A stretch of DNA of 64,000 bases, taken from Kudoa neothunni. Taxonomy: Eukaryota > Animalia > Cnidaria. The position numbers were made by a program, and so were the translations under genes. Position 1 is the first letter of the stretch. Every line of letters begins with the position of its first letter. The stretch spans positions 14,751,907-14,815,906 of the forward strand of contig OZ199838.1 in assembly GCA_964304625.1 (NCBI GenBank), in the 5' to 3' direction. Positions 1-11,021 of this stretch are shown one piece after another. The notes beneath the pieces were generated by a model, which was not told where the DNA came from, searched no databases, and saw only the letters and a list, made by a program, of their open reading frames with translations.

Positions 1-2377
1 GCCCAATAGAACTTGTCAGTTTGCACCGCAAACAAAATTGTAGTGCATTTTTCTCAAAAGTTCGAAATCCAACTAAGTTGAAACCTTTAATGTTGATCTA
101 TTATATATTAATGTATTCCGATTGTGTGTTAAAATATTTATTAATAATTTCAATAAATTTTTACATTTAGAACACCTTCCCGGTAAAAAGGAGTCAATTA
201 TGACCCCTTATTTTTTAATATTTGAAAGAGTTTGAAATGCTATCTTCTTTTTTAAAATGGAAGTAAAATTGGATATTAAAAACTTCTCAAATTTAATTAG
301 CGATTCTTACATACACGTACTAGAACAGAGAAATCTTTCTTTGCTATGGCGAATATAGATTTTATGAAATATTGATAGCATTGACACTAATAACGGTTAC
401 ATGCCAGATCCTTGTATCTGAAGGAATATAAATATTATTATTATAAAAATAATACAGAACTTATTGATTATGATGATTTACATAATGGTAATTGTAAAAA
501 TGAGTGTAGTTTTGACTAGACCAAAAAAATAGACACCTAATGAAAATATGATTAATTTTCGTCATGGCGTACGTGTCACGGTACATTAAGACTTAAAGAT
601 GAATTCCATTTCTTCGGCTGTTTTTTCATTGTATTTCTACTTCCAATATATTTAATGTTAATATAACACATTTTACTCTGATTTTGATGTTAAATATATT
701 AATATAATATCGACTATTTTAAGCAAAGTTATATAAATTCACAATTAGAGAGTATTCCTAAAATAATATTTTATCCTTTTGAATAATAAAATGATGAATA
801 TTTGAAATGTGGTGAGAATTGTGAATTATTGATTTTTTTCTAGAATAGACTATTTTAAAATATTTATTTCGATTTATTTTTAGCCGGTTCTTCAAAATAA
901 CAAATTATAATATATATTAGAAAATATAATACCCCTTTTTGATTCTATCTTAGCTAACAATATTATATATATATGTGAAAGTAGGTGAATGAAGCCTTAA
1001 GTTGGTATTGTGCACTTGCATGATTGCTTCCAAAATAATTTAACGCGCAATTAATGATAAAGTTGTTTTGCTTTACATTTTAGATTTCTAAAAGAGATAG
1101 AAAAATTCTTTCTTATTAAAAAAGTTACATAAAACCGTGTGGCCCAAATAAATTTTATTTCACTCGGAAAATGTCCTATTTGGATGTACTTTGAATGTTC
1201 AGGAAAATATTTAACCTTAGAAGGAATGAAATTTGAATCGAAAAATATTTTTCACCTAGAGACGTAATGGTTGAACAACTTTAACTAATTTTATAGGTAA
1301 AATTTTGAATGATATGCCCATAATCAGATTTTACAGATTATCACAATTTTGTTTATGATTTATAAATAAATTCTTGACTGAGACAAAAAAAATTAGGGCT
1401 TAACTTATAACAAACAATATCTAATCAGACGTAAATATTTTCTCAGCCTAGATGAAAAATTTAAATATTTTGTATGTTAATTGTTTTTGATTTAAAGATA
1501 TAATGTACCAACAAATTAGGCAGTAAATAAGGAATAATTAAAGTGGCAGAGCACATAAACGATTTCATCCGAATGTTGAAATCTTGAAAAAATATTCCCT
1601 TTTATTTTAAAATAATATATTTTAACCCAACCATTTTAATATTCCAATTTTACAAATAGATAATTTCGAATGTAATTTTCTTTGTTGAGTAGGCTTTTTT
1701 GTATTGGCTTTATTTTAGTACCAACCTTCATCTTTTTTAATTTCAACTCAACATCTTATTTGACAAAAATCAAAATGAAGATATTTAGTAATTCCTTCTA
1801 TTTGAGATCAGCTTTATTTCGTCATTTTTATTTTAATAACGTAAAATTAAATAATTTTCCATTAACTATATTTATTATTATAAAATAATTTAAAAATTCC
1901 ATCTTTGATTATTTTTAAAATTTTTTAAATCAATTAAAAGTATGATCATTTAGACACTTATTTTTAATTCACATCGAAATATTATTCTTTGTGTTATTTT
2001 TAGTATACTTCGTATCAAACTTGTATATATGAATAAGAGGATAACTTTGAAATAGGATTTTTATTATTATATAAATTATGGTGTACTTTTAAATTCATTT
2101 TAGATTATCTCCATAAATAAATACATTATATATTAGATTATAATATGAATACGCTCGCTGAATTCAATTGTAGCTTTAGTTTCATATGTATTTATTTAAT
2201 AACTTTCAGTCTAAGATTAAAATGTTTTAAAAATATATATTTATAAAGTATTTGAGAGTATATTACAACAATAAAGTAGTAACTATGGTTCAACAACAAA
2301 TGGCCTTATCGATTGTTTTGATCTCTTGGATATCAATTATTATTGTTGTTTACCTATCAGAAATTTCTTAGTACGAA

Positions 2378-4664
2378 ATGAGAGGTTTCATTTTTGGATT
2401 TCTCATAGTTTTCCATATGATAAAATATATAAATTGGTACCGTTTGGATGCAGGTGATCTAAAAAAAAGTATTTAATTCTGCAGGCACTCTGTTGACAAT
2501 ATCATTCATAGATACGAAAAATTATAATGTAATAAAGGGATTGTTCAAAACTCCTCCCATAAATCCCACCATCCGAATTATATTCTTTATTTGCATTCAT
2601 GAAGACAAATATTTTCAAGTGTTGAGATTAATAAGAAGTATTTATTCAAAAGAACATATTTATCTGTTGCATGTCGACAAGGTAATGTTAAATATATGGA
2701 AAAGTGAATAAAATATGATTTACATAAAAAGAAAGCTAAAAATATATATGAGATTTTAAATGATATGATGAGTGATTTCCCAAATATAAAATTAACACCA
2801 GAACGACATGATGTTTTATGGGGAGGTTTTTCGTATTTAGAGGCCATCCTAAATGGGATGAAAAACGCTTACAACTTTAGCTTTGATTATTTCATAAACC
2901 TTAGTGCAGATGACTACCCAATAAAGTAATTTTTTAAATTATGATATATTGCCTATATATTTTGAAGGCCAGTTAGTTATTTGGCTCGGTATTTAACCAA
3001 ATATGAAGGATATAATTTCTTGTATTTCGCCAAAAACATTACTCAGTAGTCAATATTTACGACTGCATCTTATGTAATTTAGCATTGCATGATCTAGATT
3101 TATAAAACAACAAGGTTTGGAATTTATTTTTCAAAAGTATGATGGTCGATTGAAGCGTCTTGATCATCGAAACACTTCGAAATTATTACCGCCCAACTAT
3201 ATTCAAGGAGGAAGTGATTGGTTCACATTGCACGTTAGATTTGTCAAATACATCGTCAGAAATTTAAACAGCAAATGGATGAAAAATTACCTTGAGTTTT
3301 ACAAAACAACAATCCATCCATCTGAGGTAACTTTAAAAGAATATTATCGCTGGAAAATTATATTTTGTCTTATTCTAACCTCCTTTTTATATAATTCGTA
3401 TTTTTAACGTTGTAAAATTTATTAACAGAAAAAAGGGAACATGAATTTAATTAATAATCTAAATGTTTATTTACTATTTTTTTAAAATAATCTTTAAAAA
3501 ATACACAGAGAATGATAGTTTTATATTATAAGGAATTAATTGAATAAATCTAATTTTTTATTCATTAAATATTATAAGAAACATTAAATTCCTGGTTTTT
3601 CAAAATCTTTTAATTAAACGCATTTATAAAATTCTAAATTTAAATTTAGAGTTTTTTTCACACAATAATTTATCAAAGTCCTTACAAAAACTTAACTTAT
3701 AATAAATCCCTTCGCCTCATCAGTATGGTCCCAGAAAAAAGCTGCGGTTGTCATTATAAGCATGTTGATTGGTGTGGTTGCTCTCCTGTGACCATCACCT
3801 CAAAGCACATTCCAATTTTGAACGTATATTCCATGTTCTAATATTAAATTTATATCTTTTTTAGTATTCGAAGGATACAGAGTTTTTTGCCAGAAAATTT
3901 CAAAGATTTCACGACCAAGACGTTTTGTGCTGGATAGACAAGAATCTCCTGAAATTAAAAATTCTACAACCAAATTACTATCATCAAAATATAGAATATG
4001 TTCAAAATTCCGAATACTCCTTTGAAAATTTAAAAAATTTGATTGATTATCATCTTAGGATGAACAAGATCGAACATAAATACCACAATCTAACAATTTA
4101 TATTTATCTTAAAAACAATCGATACAATGGTTTTGTAGCATCGGTTACTATTCCAGTTGAAAATGAACTTAACTCAGTTATGGAATTTCTTCTACGTCTA
4201 TCCACAAAGTCATTCTATAGATCAAATGGTTCTATAAAACAAATTCAAGTAATTAACTATTTGTAAGTAATTTTTATCTTTTAAAGTTTAGGGCTAAAAA
4301 GAAAAATGACGAAAAGGGTAATCTCTTTGACTATTTCCCGTTCTGCTTTCTAAAAAACAATAACCACGACGATACCTACTTGTTTGTGTACCCACTAGAA
4401 ACATTATCAGCTAAAGATATTATCTATTTCGACTTTTTCCTAATTTACAAAGGAAATCAGACAAACATCAATGATTACGTTATAAGCGACATAGTAAATA
4501 ATATTTCACCGGTATGGATTGTCAGGCTGGATCCTAAATTAATATTTCCAAAATTTGGATTATGGATGCTGATGATTACTAATTCATCAAATAACGCGGA
4601 AATTGAATCTTTATATCCATTTCATATTTTACCTGAAAATTATATTCACTTAACGGAAAGGTAA
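2378..4664 (+). CDS. XYLT: Xylosyltransferase I/II-like protein (GT14, core-2/I-branching family), multi-exon
   Basis: Spliced GT-AG exons give HIYLLHVDK, VLWGGFSYL, FDYFINLSADDYPIK, GGSDWFTL, PSESFFHT, CGCHYKHVDWCGCSP and FFARKF, the motif series of animal peptide O-xylosyltransferases. The start (ATG 2378, hydrophobic MRGFIFGFLIVF) and 3' end (possible extra exon to ~4789) are uncertain. Confidence 0.85.
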
Positions 4665-5664
4665 TATGTGATGTAAAACTGTTGATTCGAATAATCTTAA
4701 TAATATATCTAAGTAAAATGTTACGAAGTTATAGTTGCATTAAATTAATCTCCTTATTTAAGTGTAATCTTAAGATAGGACATATATAGAAATATATTCA
4801 AAAAATTAGTTTTTGCGTTGAATATTTTGGTTAGTTTTGAACTTATAATTATATATATGCCGGGTGATGTTAGATTTTAAATAACTAAACCTCAATTTTT
4901 TGAGTCACAATTTAAGCAGCTTTTTTAGTATTTATATCTCTATTTTCTGTAAAAATATTGCTATTTGTGATTATAAGATCAAAATTATTATAAACTTTTT
5001 AGTTTAGTATTGAATTTATAATTTGAAACAAATGATTATTTCCATTGGTTTATCTTCAATAGAGCATAAACTACCGAAGATAATGAGTTTATACCATGAT
5101 TTTAAAAAATTATTATTTATAACTATTCCGTCAAAAATTTTCAATAAATAAAATAATATTTCAATTAAAAAGTTTTATTTTGTTTTTAATATATAAATAT
5201 ATGAATGCCACGAGTTCACCCATCCCATTAAAAAAATCAATCGTAATAATTTCCCTTCATGTTATTCAATTATCTTGCATTTTTAAATTAAAGAATGACA
5301 GAGCTTTATTGGCTTAATAATTTACAGAAGATCTTGGAAAATATAAAAGTTAATTAAAAATTAATCTTAGAATAATCGGATTTAATTAAACAATAATTCG
5401 TTATCTATTACGTCCCTCATTCGAAAATTAATTATACTCTCAAATTGCATGTATATCTATTAATTTTATTCTTAAAACTTCTTTAACAATTTAATTTAAA
5501 TTCCAATAAAAAAACAATTTTTATATTAATTTAAATAATAAAATTTTAAAAATAAAGATTTCAATAAGTCACTCAATGGAATTGATAAAATTCTAATTTT
5601 TTATAATAAAAGCAACCAAATAAATAAATTTCGCAATCGAAAAATGTTTAGTGCTTATTACATA

Positions 5665-6852
5665 CAAGATATTTTAGAATAAATCGGACACTCTATGTAA
5701 GCAAAAGGATTTGTTTTTAATCAGGTTAATATTATTTATTTTTAATTTTTTATGATTAATTAGTTTTATAAAATTATAATATAGTTTTGTTAATACATTA
5801 CTAAGGCATAATGGACGAAAGAATAAAATATAAAGCGAATGATTAAACATTATATAGTCAAATTAAAAGACTCATAAAGCGTGAGTCCGTCAAAAAATAT
5901 CCGAAATTACTGATTTGGGGAGGTCCCAAATATATAAAATCAGATCTTTTATTGAAACCAACCTAGAAGCCCACAGCTACGATACATTTGCAAAAAAGGA
6001 CGCTATCCGAAAAATAACACGATTTTCGAAAATAAAGTGAGAGCAATTGTTGGCCGAGATAACAGCCTAGCACAAGTTGGCATAAAAAAGCTACTCGCGA
6101 GAGATGTAAACCCGTTCAACAGTACTATATGCCGACAGGTAAAATCCGCTAGATTAACGAGAAAATGGCTTAAAATAAAGGCCTCCGTTATTTTGATGGA
6201 TTTCCACAAAAGAACGGTAGCAGAATATGCTTCCAAGACTATAGGTCTGAGGAGGGAGAACGTTGTTTTTTGGGACGGATGTGGACTCAATCGCCGCGGT
6301 ATTCCCTTCTAGATGACGAAATATACCGTTATGCGCTATTTTCCCCATTCAAGGAATAATTGGCCATAAAATTCTGGATGGTGGATTTGATAGGATCCAA
6401 TTTCTTGAATTTCGAGAAAAAATGATTTGGAACGAAAAATCTCTTCTAAAGTTATTCTTATCATCGATAACTTAAGCTTCCATCACGTACAAGAGTTTAA
6501 AAGTCTGATGAGTACTAATTCAATTGAATGCTTACATATGCTGTCGTTTTCTCCCCAGCTAAATCCTATTGAGAACGTGTTTTCTGTTTTAAAGGCAAAA
6601 GTCTTAAGTTACCCCCCAAGAGCCAGAGTAGAGATATTTTGATTGATTATATCTTAAAATCCAAGGGTAAATTTAACCAACTCTCTATTTCGTTGGAACT
6701 TTTTCAGATAAATGTGTGGCAATGTATATGAAGGGTTAAACAATTAAATAAATAAAACATTATTAACTATTTGCCCTAGTTTTGAGTGTATACATATAAC
6801 CAATATTTTTTCTTTAGTTCAAATTATGTCCGACTTATTCTGAAACACCCTG
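5665..6852 (+). mobile_element. Degenerate Tc1/IS630-like DNA transposon (DDE_3)
   Basis: TA-flanked imperfect 26-bp TIRs (CAAGATATTTTAGAATAAATCGGACA / reverse complement of right end CAGGGTGTTTCAGAATAAGTCGGACA). Broken transposase with VVFWDGCG, LIIDNLSFH and SFSPQLNPIENVFS motifs. Confidence 0.9.
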
Positions 6853-7011
6853 TAAACATATGATTTAAATTGAAGCTAGATAATATCGTAAAAAGGCAAT
6901 CACCTACATAATAATTAAGGAAATAGTTATTGGAACGGCAAGTGGTATTCAAGTCGCATTAGTTTTGATTATATTTAAAGTAAACTCTCGAAATTTCGTA
7001 ATTTTCCCTTG

Positions 7012-7031
7012 CCCCCCCCCCCCCCCCCCCC
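7012..7031. repeat. C20 homopolymer, probably the subterminal G-tract of a non-autonomous DNA transposon
   Basis: 20 consecutive C in AT-rich DNA, followed by aaaattacgcaacacta. Confidence 0.8.
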
Positions 7032-8403
7032 AAAATTACGCAACACTACACTGGCGTATGCGCGAATAAATCAAAATCAACCCTAAAAAAAATAATTTTT
7101 TATTCATTATAAAATGTTCGTTAATTTTGTGTATTAACTTTAGTTTTTGGACTATTTGGCGTAATTATTGGTTATAAAGTAAGATATCCGTTTTCGACGC
7201 TTATTTTTTAAAAATTCGGCGATTAAGATCGATATTAATCGAAAATGGCGATCCCTAATTATAATTATGATAATTAAAATTAACATTGGTGCAATCAGCA
7301 AAAAAGCGGTATGGCACCACCACAGCCTTTAAGCCTTGGATTGATAGCTCGAAAGTTACCTACGATTATGCATTACATTTAATGTTTGAATATTTTGATT
7401 TTGTCTTCAATAATTATCTGAGTAAAAATCATTTTTGATATTTGTTGTAAGATGGTTTGAAGATTAAAAGGATTTAAATGAATAATTTGAGTTACGCAAT
7501 AGCAAGAACGTTAATCTATTAAATTTTGAATATTTAAAATAAAATAATACCATCAAAAATAGGTTTCTGACGTCATATGTTATTATTTCTTTGCTCCATA
7601 AAGATAAAATTATCAAGAAATATACTAAAATTTAAAGAATTATGAAACATCGAGAGTTTATTGTACAATAGGTAACCGATTGTTCGCACTTTTTATGCGC
7701 ACGCCACAGGGGGAAATAAAAGGTTGCCCTACAAATTTTTACAACTATATTATTCTACCCTTATTTTATTTAAATTATATATTACATTCAGTTTATAGTA
7801 TAACTACGGGCTCTTATGAACTAATCTAAATTATAGGACGTGCGACATGTACATCAAGTAAAAAGAATTCTCGTCAATACGTTTACATTAATTATTATTA
7901 ATATGGCTACATCTATTAAAATTATTACACGATTTTGATTCTCGTATTTCTCTTGGCGTAGAATACTTTCAGTAAATACACGAAATAACATGATAAATTA
8001 GCCAGTGGATGTTTGTAAATGGGATTTGTATCCATGCGTAAGTCCGAATTATCGTAAATCAATATGTAGGTTTATCAAAGATAACAAAATTTGATTAGTA
8101 GAAACAGTTTTAAGGAGAATAAGGCGGGAAATATACATACATTAAACAAATTTGCCATCCAACTAAAGGAGAATTATTTTTATCGCATGCTCACCCGAGC
8201 CAAAATAGGATTAAAGGCGGAAAATCAATTAATTACCATAATTATTTTTAGTTTCTAAAAGAAAAGTGATGGACCCAATATAACTAAATATAACAAATTA
8301 AAAAAAATAAATCCATATACAACTTGTAAATAAGAGTCGCTGAGTTTAAAAATTCCAACTGCGCAAACATACATTGCATTCAGAATTTAAATTCAGGCAA
8401 TAG

Positions 8404-9875
8404 CTATTGCATCGGGAGGAAATTACTCCTAAACTAATGTGTTTATAAAAATTTCAACTTCAATTTCCTAATAAATGATTTTTTCGCTAAAAAGTTAAAC
8501 TATTATAAAAGTAATCCAAGACAACAAATTTTTTTATTTAACGGTAATGAATTCAATGGTTAAAAATTATTTTTAAATCCTTCATTAGCAATTTTTAATT
8601 TATAAATGTAATTATATGTGTCCAAATTCTAAGTAATATGGATAATGCACTGTTTACATAACCCCTAAAATGTTATATTTTTACTTTTGCGGGTCTAACA
8701 TTCTACATATTAAATGACCTATCTTTTCGCTATATAACAATATATTATTTGTATCATACTGCTATTTATTTGGTTATTAATAACACAAAGAAATTTTTTA
8801 TTTCCATTGAGAATCATTATTTTACGCATATAATTAATTTTTTTTCTCATTATAGAAATACCAGCAATTATTAATGTGGACGCTTAGCGCTCTTTACTTT
8901 AGCATAACACCAAATCATACTAAATTAGCTCACGATAAATTAATACACATCCTAATGTTTCGAAATGTTTTCCTTTCTTACTAGGAATTATTCTCCCAAA
9001 AGTTGGTTGTTTTTGTCTCAAGACTAAGCTGGTGGTTTGTCTGATGAGAGTTCAATAGGACTATTTTAATTTTATAAAAATGGGTTTCTATTTGATAAAT
9101 CTAAATCCCATTTACAAATAATACTTACTAACTGTAATAACACTTACAAACTTATTATTTGAGAATATTACGCTTAAATGAATTTCATTTGTCTCACCGA
9201 AATGATTAGGTACTAAACATGTACAAAGTTGAATAAATGATATTACGTCAATTTAAAATTTCATCCAACTTATTATTTTTATTGTTTCTTAATAATTTCA
9301 ATATGTTTAACGGATAATCAATTTTCAAGACCTCTTGTTCAACATAAATCAATCTAAATCTAAATCAAAATAAAAAATTATTATCGATTTTATAAATTAA
9401 ATGAAACATTGCTTTAAATAGAAAAAGTTATAGACTAGTACAAATTATTCGTCTTATAAACTTTGAGAAAATGTATTTAATAATTAAGGTTATAATTTTC
9501 AATAATAGAATGTATAAAATCAGAGAGATGTTAACCAACAGAGGAGCCAATACCACTAGTTTACTAGTCTTACATAATAGCGCGTGCTTCTGCACTTGGT
9601 AATTCATATTACAGAAAGCATACAATATAAAATAAATTTTTTCAATTACAAAGGTGTATTATTTCAGAAAGCTTATGTTATTATTTCTGTGGTCTATCAA
9701 ATCAAAATGACGTTATGTAATGACTCAATTTCCAGTAACAGCCTTGAAAATTCCATCATACTATCTTTCCCCAAAAATTAGAAATTATTTAGCGAAAAAG
9801 TCATTTATTAGGAAAATGAAGTTGACATTTTTATGAACATGTTAGTTTAGGGGTAATTTCCTCCCGTTGCAATAG
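8404..9875. mobile_element. Non-autonomous element (MITE-like) with ~88-bp terminal inverted repeats
   Basis: 8404-8491 (CTATTGCATCGGGAGGAAATTACTCC...TTCGCTAAA) is the reverse complement of 9788-9875 with a few substitutions. No intact ORF inside; TSD not identified. Confidence 0.8.
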
Positions 9876-10816
9876 ACATTCCGAGCCGAGCATGCGAATT
9901 AAACGGATCCGTCGCAATAGCCACTGCCCGAAATTTATCGGGCCACTAACCTCTGACAATAATGAAGCAAAAGACATAAGCAATCACGTTCAATTTTTGG
10001 AGACACACACTACTGTCATCTCTAGCCCCCTATCTCAGGGTCATATTCATAGTAAAATTCAAACACTTATTTAAATCTAATTCAAAATAATAATATTTTT
10101 TGGTGTTTCGAGAGTAGACATTTAGTCTATCGAGTGACTCTGTATTATTAGGTTGTGTACATATTTAATATAAACAAATTTAATACCAAATTAGGAGATT
10201 AAAATAATTAAAATATTATGATTTTAAATTACTCCAAATGAATGACAGCCGTTTTAACGAATCAGCATAAATATATAAATATTTGGCCAAATTCGGCATG
10301 ATTCAAAAATTATATTGTTTGTTTATGGTTCAGGTGGCATCATTACTATTAGTACGGTTTAAGGGGTTAATCTTTTAATTATTTTCTACCAAACGGCAAA
10401 CAAAAACGTGTTTAAAATTTTTTGAACACATTGTAGAATCGAGTGCTATTACGTGTAGCTAATGAATCAACAGCATAAGTAGATTAAAATGAATGATAAA
10501 ATAATGAATCGAATTAAAACGCGTTACAGAATTTATCTAAATTTATGATTGCTTATAGATCCCAAATATTGTTGAGTAATATATTCACCGATGAGGCTGA
10601 ATGCAGATTTAGTCACTCTAACAAAAGACGTCCAGAAAATAGTTGCTTACATGCCAGTTGGAGTTATAATGCAAATCTACTGAATGAAACATTGGAATTC
10701 GAAAGATGGGCTAAATCCAAGGGAAAATTTGACACATAGGCCATGCGCCAATCCTCCCTAGAGGATTAGCCGCAGCATCTGTTGAAAATCGAACGCACTC
10801 GCTCCCATGAAGACTA

Positions 10817-10924
10817 ATGAACATTTTCTACAGAAAACCTTGTTCTAATATCTCCAAATTAACTAATATGAGGTGTCGCCAATTTGTATATGTTTCTGAA
10901 AAATCCAATCGCCCTCTACTAAAG
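10817..10924 (+). CDS. Putative alternative first exon of ThrRS encoding a mitochondrial-targeting-like peptide
   Basis: ATG plus 36 codons rich in R/K/S with one acidic residue, ending at a consensus donor AAG|GTAAGA in phase 0. Compatible with the phase-0 acceptor CATAG|GAT at 11168/11169. Confidence 0.65.
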
Positions 10925-11021
10925 GTAAGATTCAGTTTCACGTGTTTTTCTGTTGGTTCGAGTGTTCGTAAATGGTTCGCTAGTGGATCGTTTGACGCTC
11001 CCCAACTCAGAGATTAGTAAA

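Noticed and set aside
1669-2370. Hydrophobic ORF fragments upstream of XYLT as its signal anchor or as TAA read-through
   Set aside because: AT-rich DNA readily gives F/I/L-rich peptides, the frames contain stops, and ATG 2378 gives a simpler model.
10810-10935. U3-like start (AAGACTA...TTTCTACAG) and U1-like CTTACCT on the - strand
   Set aside because: No further boxes or stems match; CTTACCT is simply the complement of the exon 1a splice donor.
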